IMG/VR virus record: IMGVR_UViG_3300037424_000433
Span: 1 to 31,234 of that record
DNA from: a virus
Lineage: Duplodnaviria > Caudoviricetes
Direction: 5' to 3' (one strand)
Length of the DNA: 31,234 bases
Both the position numbers and the translations under genes were made by a program. The notes under the pieces were generated by a model that saw only the letters and a program-made list of their open reading frames with translations, made no database searches and had not been told where the DNA came from. Positions 9,886-16,944 of this stretch are shown piece by piece (within the stretch, counting starts at the first letter, position 1; each line of letters starts with the position of its first letter).

Positions 9886-10303
9886 GCTCTACGACTCAGA
9901 GAACGACGTGTGGCCCGAGTACGGCACGCCGACCCCTGACGCCGCCCAAGGCTGGTATGACTGGATCACCCGAACCAAGTGGTGGCGGGATAGGTCAACC
10001 GTCAAGCACATCCGACTCAAGTACCCGATCTTTGGAAAGCTCTCCGGGATCGTGCTTGAGGACAACGTGGCGGTTGTCGAGTTCAGTCCGTTCTCTCTTA
10101 CGAAAGAATGCCTGCTCCACGAGCTGGGCCACGTCCTCGATTACCACCCGGGAACGAGTGAGGCGGCGATGGAGCGGGACCACAACCCAACCTTCGCGGG
10201 GATCCTGCTGGCGCTGGTCGGGCGCTACATGTCGGCGGACGAGGCAAAGAAACTCGCCGCGGCCTACGAGGCCCGCGGCGTGAAGTGGACGCCCTACGAA
10301 TAG
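9860..10303 (+). CDS. Zincin-type metallopeptidase (SprT/YgjP-like)
   Basis: LLHELGH followed by HNPTF third-ligand motif. Confidence 0.7.
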   Translation: MAKLKQRHKLYDSENDVWPEYGTPTPDAAQGWYDWITRTKWWRDRSTVKHIRLKYPIFGKLSGIVLEDNVAVVEFSPFSLTKECLLHELGHVLDYHPGTSEAAMERDHNPTFAGILLALVGRYMSADEAKKLAAAYEARGVKWTPYE

Positions 10304-10305
10304 CC

Positions 10306-10510
10306 GCCCAACGGACCGGAGCTAAGCTGCTGGGCCGAGGGCGGCCAATGCTCTCTGCGCCCAGTCGAAGATTGTGAGCGCGACCAGTTCCACGTCCTGG
10401 CCCTCCTCGTGTTCGTGAAGCACATCTGCGCTCGCCTTGTGAATCTTCTCCACCCAAGAGCGCGCCTGCTCTGCCCGCCCGGCCCGGTCAGCTTCAGCGA
10501 CTTGTTGGGC
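10306..10510 (-). repeat. attC: attC-like recombination site 2 (205 bp)
   Basis: Minus strand: R'' GCCCAAC, 5 nt, L'' GCTGAAGC ... L' GCTTAGC, 8 nt, R' GTTGGGC; two extrahelical bases. Confidence 0.8.
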
Positions 10511-10627
10511 GGCGACTTCACAGGCGGCGTATCCCGCACGGAATGCCTTCTCCGCCAAGACATGATCCATGTGGGCATTCCATTGAGGCAAGAACCATTT
10601 ATCAAACTGATCTGTCGTTGCTGGCAT
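10322..10627 (-). CDS. Cassette 2 protein (101 aa), translated through attC
   Basis: GGAG RBS and ATG just after the preceding GTTGGGC; stop TAG inside L' box; paralogous to cassette 1 ORF. Confidence 0.7.
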   Translation of the reverse strand: MPATTDQFDKWFLPQWNAHMDHVLAEKAFRAGYAACEVAAQQVAEADRAGRAEQARSWVEKIHKASADVLHEHEEGQDVELVALTIFDWAQRALAALGPAA

Positions 10628-10651
10628 TTCACGCTCCAGTTAGTGGCGACC

Positions 10652-10826
10652 GCCCAACGGACCGGAGCTAAGCTGCCGGGCCGAGGGCGGCTTCGCACGC
10701 CAAGACGGCGGCAACGTGTGCAGGCATGTCCTCGATACCAGCAGGGCCATGCGCCGACAGATAGGCCAGCGCCAACCGCAGGGCATCCTGCCGCCCGGCC
10801 CGGTCAGCTTCAGCGACTTGTTGGGC
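10652..10826 (-). repeat. attC: attC-like recombination site 1 (175 bp)
   Basis: Arms 41/41 and 41/42 identical to those of site 2, same box architecture, different central region. Confidence 0.8.
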
Positions 10827-10943
10827 GGCGAGACCGCGGGCCAGCCAACCCAGGTTCCACCACTCTCGGGCAATGTCTTGATGATGCGCGGCGTCTAACC
10901 GTCCGGCCCATGCCTCGGCAAAAGCATTTTCCATTGCTGCCAT
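10668..10943 (-). CDS. Cassette 1 protein (91 aa), translated through attC
   Basis: AAGGAG/GAGG RBS, ATG 10943; shares AAQQVAEADRAGR and ALGPAA-stop with cassette 2 ORF. Confidence 0.7.
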   Translation of the reverse strand: MAAMENAFAEAWAGRLDAAHHQDIAREWWNLGWLARGLAAQQVAEADRAGRQDALRLALAYLSAHGPAGIEDMPAHVAAVLACEAALGPAA

Positions 10944-10966
10944 TCCCTCATCTCCTTCGGGCGACC

Positions 10967-10987
10967 GCCCAACTAGTGATTCTGCGG
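10967..10987 (-). other. attI-like simple site heading the cassette array
   Basis: CCGCAGAAT-CACTA-GTTGGGC: R core with 5-nt spacer and no attC partner arm; followed by GGTCGCC as at the next junction. Confidence 0.55.
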
Positions 10988-11050
10988 CGCCTGTTGAAAT
11001 CTGCACGCCCCGCGTTCAATTCCTGTCCACGGCCCTGCGGCGGGGGTGGC

Positions 11051-11317
11051 CTATTCCTTTGCGAATCTTCCGGATCCATCGCGGCGCACTCGCACAACAA
11101 TGGTCCCGACGTCATATGCCCTCCTGCCAATGAGCCTTGCCAGCGCCTTCGGGTTCTTGGGTAGGTAATCGCGCTTCGCGAAATGGTAGACGGTGCTCTT
11201 CGGCAGCCCAACGCTTCTGGCGATCTCGGACCACGACTCTGTTTCCGAGCGCCGACATAGGGCAAGCCGCGCCTCAAGCACTTTGCTCTCGTCAATCTGC
11301 AGCGATGACTTTTTCAT
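11051..11317 (-). CDS. HTH DNA-binding protein
   Basis: SWSEIARSVGLPKSTVYHFAK helix-turn-helix. Confidence 0.7.
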   Translation of the reverse strand: MKKSSLQIDESKVLEARLALCRRSETESWSEIARSVGLPKSTVYHFAKRDYLPKNPKALARLIGRRAYDVGTIVVRVRRDGSGRFAKE

Positions 11318-11840
11318 AGGCGTCTGCCAAGAAACTGGTTCTGCCTTTCTTGTCGCTAACTCGGAAGCCGGCCGTATGCTCTCTGAGGATTGCGTGGGCC
11401 TCCGGAAGAACGCCCGACAAGGCTAGAACGTCGAGCCATGACTTCCATGCCGGGCGCTTCGAATAGCCGGTGCCATATTCCGCATCGTAGCATTCGGCGC
11501 ACAGAATGATTGATGGCGAGTGCTCTCGGTACGCATAGGGCAGGAAGCAGTCGGGGCAAATTGCTCTCCGATGCCCCCGCTCCTTCCGCCTGTTCAGGAT
11601 GAACTGCTGCTTTTGCCGAACGTCTTCGAAGTGCTTATTTGACGCCAGGGCGTTGCACAGGGAGCAGGCCGGAACGAGATTCTCCAGACTGTCGTCCTGA
11701 TCGTATGACCAGGGAACAACGTGGTCGATCGTGGTCGCCACTTCCTCGCGGCAGTAATAGCAAAGAACTCCGTACAGAGCCGTCAGCTCGTCCCAATGGC
11801 GCCTATAACGAAAACGATTGGTCCTGATTGTCCTGGCCAT
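11292..11840 (-). CDS. HNH endonuclease with extra C-terminal Zn finger
   Basis: CYYC, TIDHVVP, NLVPACSLCN, then CPDC/CAEC; start 11840 chosen because a promoter lies just upstream. Confidence 0.85.
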   Translation of the reverse strand: MARTIRTNRFRYRRHWDELTALYGVLCYYCREEVATTIDHVVPWSYDQDDSLENLVPACSLCNALASNKHFEDVRQKQQFILNRRKERGHRRAICPDCFLPYAYREHSPSIILCAECYDAEYGTGYSKRPAWKSWLDVLALSGVLPEAHAILREHTAGFRVSDKKGRTSFLADAYEKVIAAD

Positions 11841-11850
11841 GCCTAGCCCG

Positions 11851-11879
11851 TTTATAGCCCGTTTAGGGCGATTTGTCAA
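11851..11879 (-). promoter_or_regulatory. Sigma70-type promoter TTGACA-N17-TATAAA
   Basis: Near-consensus hexamers with 17-nt spacer, 10 nt before the HNH ATG; overlapped by an 11-bp tandem repeat at 11844-11865. Confidence 0.7.
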
Positions 11880-12006
11880 TGGCTGGAATGGCCTCATTTG
11901 GGGTTCGCCTTCCTGTATCCGCCGCCCCCCGCTCAAGGCCTCGCGCACATCTCGGAGAGGCCAGCCGAACGAGTCGGTATGTCAGTCAGGGCCGGCAGCG
12001 GATCGG

Positions 12007-13167
12007 TCACTCGCCAAACAGCGTCGTCTGCCCGGCCTCGAGCAGGACGGCGCGAACAATGCCTTGCGCCTCCCGAACCGCGTCGGCATCGGGCTTGTAG
12101 GCCCCGCCAGAGTCCTTCGTCGGCTTGAGCCAATCCAGGAGGGCAAGCACCTGCGCCGGCTGGAGGTCGTTCCCGCTCGTGACTTCGCAGAGGAACTTGA
12201 GCACCGAATGGCGCAGCTTCTCGGAGTCCTTCTGACCGGCGAAGCATTCGTTGAGCATGCCCATCGCGAGGCCGCGTTGTTCGGCAGAACACGCCTTGCC
12301 CTCGTTCGCCATCGTCCGGTCGAGGATCTTGGTCCGCAAGACCTCGGGAGGATATGGGCGGCCCGCAGGGACGGCAGCTTCAGATGCAACCTCGCCAGCC
12401 GTCACGACAGATTCAATCCACTCCGGCCCGCCCTCGTCCGGCTCATCCGGCGCCTCGAGCATGGGCACGTCCTCGCCCAATCCATTGCCCGGGAGAGCCG
12501 CCGCCTTCATCGCCAGGATCTTCGCCTTGACCCACTGCGGGTCGGCCTCGATCGAGAGCAGCCACTTCTCGCGCCGGGCGCGCTTTCCGTCCGGGCCCGA
12601 TGGCGTGCTAATCATCATCGGGCGTCGGCGCAATTTCAGGGGGACGCCAGATAGCTTGCCGTTGATCTGCAGGAGCGCCTCGAGCTGGCGGTGCAAGTTC
12701 ATGATGTCATGAAGGCTGGTTGTCATGACCGTCAGGTAGGCAAGGCGGTGCAACTCGGGGACGAGGACCTTGAGGCGGCCAACCGGCTTGCATCCGGCCG
12801 TGCCATCACACTTCTTCTCCGGCCGACCGTCAACGACGGCGGGCTTGGCTCCGTGGCCGAGCTCGTACTGAATGCGATCGCCGTCGCATCGGTGGATCAG
12901 CCCGCCGGCGACATAGGCCTCGCGCCAAGCGTCGAAGTTCTCATCGACCACATTGAACGGAAGCAGGACGTTGATCTCGTCGGGTTGCTCGCCGTACTCT
13001 CCCTTGAACGTGGCGGCAGCCTCGACCTCGCGCTCATCGAACTCGACGCGGAACCACGTCAGGTCGGCGCCGGGCCGTTTCCCGTCGGCTGGCTTCGGGG
13101 CGCCCTTGCGCACCTGGCCGATCTCCGGGAAGGACGCGGCACGATCGGTAAGTCCTCGGATTGGCAT
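12007..13167 (-). CDS. Gp3-like / recombination directionality factor-like protein
   Basis: MPIRGLT..FPEIGQVRKG, RCDG, CKPVGRLKVLVPEL, TTS.HDI, GVPL.LRRRP motifs; GGAGGAG RBS. Confidence 0.7.
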   Translation of the reverse strand: MPIRGLTDRAASFPEIGQVRKGAPKPADGKRPGADLTWFRVEFDEREVEAAATFKGEYGEQPDEINVLLPFNVVDENFDAWREAYVAGGLIHRCDGDRIQYELGHGAKPAVVDGRPEKKCDGTAGCKPVGRLKVLVPELHRLAYLTVMTTSLHDIMNLHRQLEALLQINGKLSGVPLKLRRRPMMISTPSGPDGKRARREKWLLSIEADPQWVKAKILAMKAAALPGNGLGEDVPMLEAPDEPDEGGPEWIESVVTAGEVASEAAVPAGRPYPPEVLRTKILDRTMANEGKACSAEQRGLAMGMLNECFAGQKDSEKLRHSVLKFLCEVTSGNDLQPAQVLALLDWLKPTKDSGGAYKPDADAVREAQGIVRAVLLEAGQTTLFGE

Positions 13168-13176
13168 GGTCTCCTC

Positions 13177-13449
13177 CTACTCGCCGAAGAGGGCGCGCTT
13201 GTTGGCTTCGCGCTCCTCGGGCGTGAACGTGCGCGGATTGAACTCCGGGTAATTCGCCGCGACTTTGGCGGCGTCGATCGCGTCCTGCTGCTCGCGCCTC
13301 TCGACGTAGCTGGCGCTGACATGGCCCCCGGGAAGGCACCCCTTCGGGCAGACGACAGCCCACTCATCCTCAATGCACTTGAGCACCATTGGCCCGTAGC
13401 ATTGGGCACACCGGCGAGACTCGGAGAAGGCAAGCGTTGGCCGCTCCAT
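13177..13449 (-). CDS. Zn-ribbon protein
   Basis: CAQC ... CPKGC; start overlaps the upstream stop. Confidence 0.6.
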   Translation of the reverse strand: MERPTLAFSESRRCAQCYGPMVLKCIEDEWAVVCPKGCLPGGHVSASYVERREQQDAIDAAKVAANYPEFNPRTFTPEEREANKRALFGE

Positions 13450-13679
13450 CAATCGCCCTTCCATCCCATCCGCACCGGCCCGGGCAGTCGGCTAAGGGCC
13501 TCGGCTGCAGCGGCGTCGATGGCGGATTGATTCGGCGACGGCTTGCGCATCTCCTCTAGATGGGCGGAGGTGTCGCTGAGTTCCGTCCCGCAGATCTGGC
13601 ACCAGAAGCGGTAGACGGCACCGAACTGAGTCCGGCGGTGGGACGTTCGTTTGCGGCAGGTGGCACAGTAGGCGTTCAT
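13449..13679 (-). CDS. Zn-ribbon protein
   Basis: CATC ... CQIC; ATGA overlap with upstream gene, GAGG RBS. Confidence 0.6.
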   Translation of the reverse strand: MNAYCATCRKRTSHRRTQFGAVYRFWCQICGTELSDTSAHLEEMRKPSPNQSAIDAAAAEALSRLPGPVRMGWKGD

Positions 13680-14104
13680 AGCAGCCTCTCTTGGGCAAGC
13701 TGGGCAAGCACAAGGCGTTTCCAGTCCCTTGGCCTGGCATCCGATGAATTGCAGTTCCAGCACTGCACGCCGATCTGAGTGGTTTTCCCGTCTCCAAGGT
13801 CAACGCGCCGGGGCCATCCCAGGGTCTTTAGATTGCGAAGGACGGCAACGCTTCCCGTTCCCCGCCCCGTGCCTATGCTCTTGCGGTGCGCCCCTCCACC
13901 TCCGCCAATGTGGGCGATGGTTAGGTGCGATATGTCATCGTGCCCGCAGGTTTGGCATCTCGTTCCGTAGTGGACAAAGAACTCCGCCCATCGACGCGCC
14001 GCTTCCTTGAGGTGCCGACGCGTCCTTACGCTTTGTACGCGCAGTTCTGCGGCGTGCTTCTTTCTCCAGGCGCGGTTCTCTTCCTTGGTGCTATGTGCTG
14101 GCAT
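13676..14104 (-). CDS. HNH-like endonuclease (possibly degenerate)
   Basis: CQTCG..LTIAHI.GGG.AHRK ... CWNCN; the usual DH is AH here. Confidence 0.65.
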   Translation of the reverse strand: MPAHSTKEENRAWRKKHAAELRVQSVRTRRHLKEAARRWAEFFVHYGTRCQTCGHDDISHLTIAHIGGGGGAHRKSIGTGRGTGSVAVLRNLKTLGWPRRVDLGDGKTTQIGVQCWNCNSSDARPRDWKRLVLAQLAQERLL

Positions 14105-14107
14105 GTT

Positions 14108-14413
14108 CTATTCCCTTGTAACCTTGGCAATTGCGGCGCAGACCTGATCGACACAATTGAGGCCGTATCCATCCCGCCATTCGGCCATGACGGCCTTCAG
14201 CGCCTCCAGCAGTTCCGTCTCTCGGGCCTGCCATACGTCTCTATCGGCCATCAATGAGGTAATGCGCGTATCGGCATTCGACAAGTCCACCTGCCATGCG
14301 TCGGCGTGATCCTCAACGATGTCTGGATTGAGCCTGAGCGCCTGCGGCCGCGCCCTTACCTGTCTGCACGATGTTCTCAGCGTCTCGGGTGTGTAGGTCA
14401 TGTCAGAGTCCAT
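14108..14413 (-). CDS. Hypothetical phage protein
   Basis: C-terminal ELLEALKA...AAIAK module common in small phage early proteins. Confidence 0.6.
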   Translation of the reverse strand: MDSDMTYTPETLRTSCRQVRARPQALRLNPDIVEDHADAWQVDLSNADTRITSLMADRDVWQARETELLEALKAVMAEWRDGYGLNCVDQVCAAIAKVTRE

Positions 14414-14702
14414 TCTGGCCGGAGTAGTGCGGGGTCAGCCGCCCATGAGGCCGCGCCGGTTGCTTGTGGCCTTCCGGCTTCGTCTTGTCCAGCTCCCAAG
14501 GATCACTCGGCAGCGCCTTCCACCAAGGTGTCTCGGTCGGGGCCTCGGGGCTGGGAATGCCCTGGTAGTATTCGCTCTTCGACATGTTCTCGTATGGGCC
14601 GCCCGACTTGAGATTGTCCAACTTGGCGGCCACGATCAGAACGAGGACCGCCAGGGCGAGGGCCAGAACGGCGGCGAGTGCGAGCTTGTGCTTGGTGTTC
14701 AT
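14403..14702 (-). CDS. Membrane-anchored/secreted protein, first gene of leftward operon
   Basis: AAGGAGGA RBS; hydrophobic N-terminal helix. Confidence 0.65.
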   Translation of the reverse strand: MNTKHKLALAAVLALALAVLVLIVAAKLDNLKSGGPYENMSKSEYYQGIPSPEAPTETPWWKALPSDPWELDKTKPEGHKQPARPHGRLTPHYSGQNGL

Positions 14703-14722
14703 TCGTTCCTCCTTGTGCCCCA

Positions 14723-14810
14723 ATTATGAGGCCAAACCGCCCGGCTGAACCTTAAAGAATTGCCCAAAACGGAAACTTTAAGGTTCGCCCGGGGGAAGCC
14801 GTGGTAGGCT
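14723..14810. promoter_or_regulatory. Divergent promoter pair with 11-bp inverted repeat
   Basis: CTTTAAGGTTC on each strand (14776-14786 plus; 14757-14747 minus), each exactly 18 nt before a -10-like hexamer (TAGGCT; CATAAT). Confidence 0.65.
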
Positions 14811-14832
14811 AGTTCTGGAGACCAAACCACCA

Positions 14833-15036
14833 ATGAAGCCAGAACAGCCGTTCTCCCGCTACCTTCTCGACCGACTACGGGACCGCCCGCAGGAGGAGCA
14901 GGTCGTCCTCATGCGCCAGATCGAGCGCCTCAAGACCCAGACCCGATCGGGGATGCACCCGGCCGGGATTGGGCAGACCGGGGCGTTGGAGCTGCTGCTG
15001 AAAGTCGGCTCGCTGCTGAACGAGATTGACTCGTGA
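14833..15036 (+). CDS. Hypothetical protein, first gene of rightward operon
   Basis: GGAG RBS, 67 aa, helical. Confidence 0.6.
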   Translation: MKPEQPFSRYLLDRLRDRPQEEQVVLMRQIERLKTQTRSGMHPAGIGQTGALELLLKVGSLLNEIDS

Positions 15037-15040
15037 CCCG

Positions 15041-15175
15041 CCGGCGGTAGCGGAGATTGCTTGTGGTCGGTCGGCGTCCCCCTCGCCGTCCGTATCCGCT
15101 ACCGCTGGGGGCGCATGAGTCCCGCTCCTCCTTGAGGCCGGGCTGCTAGTGGCCGAGAGTCGCTGCAGCCCGGCC
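15041..15175 (+). other. Two strong hairpins (candidate structured RNA)
   Basis: 14-bp stem 15041-15054/15095-15108; perfect 11-bp stem 15136-15146/15165-15175 with an inner stem. Confidence 0.45.
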
Positions 15176-15187
15176 AAGGTGAATCCG

Positions 15188-15317
15188 TGGTAGAATGAAT
15201 CATGGCAGAGTGGGAGGCATTCCGCTTCCAGATGAAAAGTCCGTCCGTGACGCTTGCCTCGCGCTCTGCCATGAACGCGCTCCTGTGTCACGGGCGGACC
15301 TTTCATTCGGAGGGCAT
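15188..15317 (+). promoter_or_regulatory. Extended -10 promoter (TGG-TAGAAT) plus leader with two interleaved 20-bp inverted repeats
   Basis: Stems 15200-15219/15255-15274 and 15232-15251/15287-15306; the second ends next to the GGAGGG RBS. Confidence 0.55.
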
Positions 15318-16247
15318 GTGATCGACTTCGGAGAACTCAAGACCTATGAGGATCATGAGCAGGCGATGGTCAACCTCTCGCAAGCTGGGGAGGAGACCGT
15401 CTGGGAGCGCGGCGATGTGATGCTGCACGCGGTCCCGGAGGCGTCTGAGGGCAGGCCACCGAAAGAGGGAAAGAAGACCATCGCCGTTCTCTCTAGGGCC
15501 GGGACCTGGAGCCAGAGTTATGGCAATCGCGTCTATCTGACGGCTGCGTACTTCCCGAGGAAAACTAGACTTAGAAGTCTAGTTTGCGAGGCCGGGGTTC
15601 CGTTCTCGTGGGCCGACCTGGCTAGGCAACGCATTCCGGGCGGCCCCGGCAACGCGGTCGAGGAGTTGTGCGACGCCCGAGAGCGCGGCCTGTCGTGGCC
15701 CGAGTTCCGGGCCGAGATCGATGCGAAGTTCCCCCGTCAGGTCGAAGTCCCCGCGATCCCGAAAGGCCAGTATCGAGTCATCTACGCTGACCCGCCTTGG
15801 CAATTCGACAATTCCGGCCTGGAGCAGTCCGCCGAGAGTCACTACCCAACGCTGGCGACGGACGACATCTGCAAGATCGTCGTTCCTGCCGCGGCGCGCT
15901 CTGTCCTGTTCATGTGGGCAACGAATGCCATGCTGCCCGACGCCATGCGCGTCGTTGAGGCGTGGGGCTTCGAGTACAAGACGAATCTTGTCTGGGTGAA
16001 AGAGCGTGGCCCATCCATTGGATGGTTCGTCACGAGTCGGCATGAGCTTCTCCTGTTGGCGGTCCGAGGCGAGAAGATGCACCCAGCGATCAAGCCGGCC
16101 TCAGTCATAACGGCCGGCGTCACGGTTCACTCGAAGAAGCCCGATGTCGTCTACGGGACCATCGAGAGCATGTATGAGGGGCCATACCTGGAGATGTTTG
16201 CGCGGCAGACGCGTCCGGGTTGGGAGAGTTGGGGCAATGAGGTCTGA
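15318..16247 (+). CDS. MT-A70 family adenine methyltransferase with N-terminal helical domain
   Basis: YRVIYADPPW, LFMWATN, WGFEYKT, HSKKP, LEMFAR, GWESWGNE; GTG start after GGAGGG. Confidence 0.9.
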   Translation: MIDFGELKTYEDHEQAMVNLSQAGEETVWERGDVMLHAVPEASEGRPPKEGKKTIAVLSRAGTWSQSYGNRVYLTAAYFPRKTRLRSLVCEAGVPFSWADLARQRIPGGPGNAVEELCDARERGLSWPEFRAEIDAKFPRQVEVPAIPKGQYRVIYADPPWQFDNSGLEQSAESHYPTLATDDICKIVVPAAARSVLFMWATNAMLPDAMRVVEAWGFEYKTNLVWVKERGPSIGWFVTSRHELLLLAVRGEKMHPAIKPASVITAGVTVHSKKPDVVYGTIESMYEGPYLEMFARQTRPGWESWGNEV

Positions 16248-16524
16248 GGAGAAACTCGCCGTCGAGTTCTTCGACAAGGATGGCGGGCGAAGATGGGTTC
16301 GCATACTCCACAAGAAGACCGGATTTCGCATGATCCCGTCCTTCGAGGACTGTCGTCGAATGCTGGTGGCTATCGCTCTCTGCGAGGACAAGAACTATCC
16401 GCCACCGAACAAGGGCGCTGCAATGGTGGCCGAACTCCTATCGGACCCGGATTTCCTCAACCCGTTCGTGAAGTGGGAAACCCTGGCCGCCAAGTACAAG
16501 ATCCCGCTCAGGGAGGCCGCATGA
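16237..16524 (+). CDS. Hypothetical protein
   Basis: Overlaps both neighbours in the operon. Confidence 0.55.
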   Translation: MRSEEKLAVEFFDKDGGRRWVRILHKKTGFRMIPSFEDCRRMLVAIALCEDKNYPPPNKGAAMVAELLSDPDFLNPFVKWETLAAKYKIPLREAA

Positions 16525-16613
16525 CGTCGATCCTCCACCGCGTGAGGCAGCAGAGGCGGAGGGGCTTGGACGCGCTTCGTGCGCTTCCGCTGAAACAGGG
16601 AGAGTTGCTATGA
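16521..16613 (+). CDS. Small hypothetical protein (30 aa)
   Basis: GGAGG RBS; ATGA overlaps on both sides. Confidence 0.4.
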   Translation: MTSILHRVRQQRRRGLDALRALPLKQGELL

Positions 16614-16810
16614 CGACGCGGAGTCTGAACCTCTATTGCATCTGTGGCTCGGCGTGGAATACGACGACCAATAACGCCAAGGTGCTTGAAGACCTAGAGC
16701 GCCTGTGGGAGGAAATGCACTCCGGGCCAGGGCACAAGGACTGCGATGCCGCAACCGCCCGCAAGGAGCGCAATCGGCGCGACTCCTCCGACGCAGAGGA
16801 GGCTACATGA
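16610..16810 (+). CDS. Small Zn-binding protein
   Basis: CICG ... HSGPGH; GGGAG RBS. Confidence 0.55.
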   Translation: MTTRSLNLYCICGSAWNTTTNNAKVLEDLERLWEEMHSGPGHKDCDAATARKERNRRDSSDAEEAT

Positions 16811-16944
16811 CCGACCCGCTTCGCCGCTGCCTGTTCGGAATGGATCCAATCACGCCAGAGGAAGCCGACCGTCTGACGAGTTTCTTCCTGGGCGCGATGT
16901 TCACGGCCGCCGGGCTGATCTGGTGGATGTTGCTCTGTCCATGA
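16807..16944 (+). CDS. Small membrane protein
   Basis: GGAGG RBS; C-terminal hydrophobic helix; ATGA overlaps. Confidence 0.5.
   Translation: MTDPLRRCLFGMDPITPEEADRLTSFFLGAMFTAAGLIWWMLLCP

Noticed and set aside
10306-10510. attC belonging to the plus-strand peptidase gene, or a bidirectional terminator
   Set aside because: Spacer lengths (5 vs 8 nt) and extrahelical bases orient the site on the minus strand; no U-tracts
10304-10831. Repeats as a CRISPR array
   Set aside because: Two alternating arm types that are imperfect inverted complements, spacers of 99-134 nt, coding throughout, and no cas genes
10294-10873. ORFs 10294..10698 and 10640..10873 (PPNKSLKLTGPGG / QLSSGPLGG)
   Set aside because: Alternative-frame readings of the attC arms with no convincing RBS; the AAQQVAEAD frame has RBS-linked starts and aligned N-modules
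12007-13167. RDF-like protein as the cassette integrase
   Set aside because: No tyrosine-recombinase R-H-R-Y residues or serine-recombinase motif recognisable
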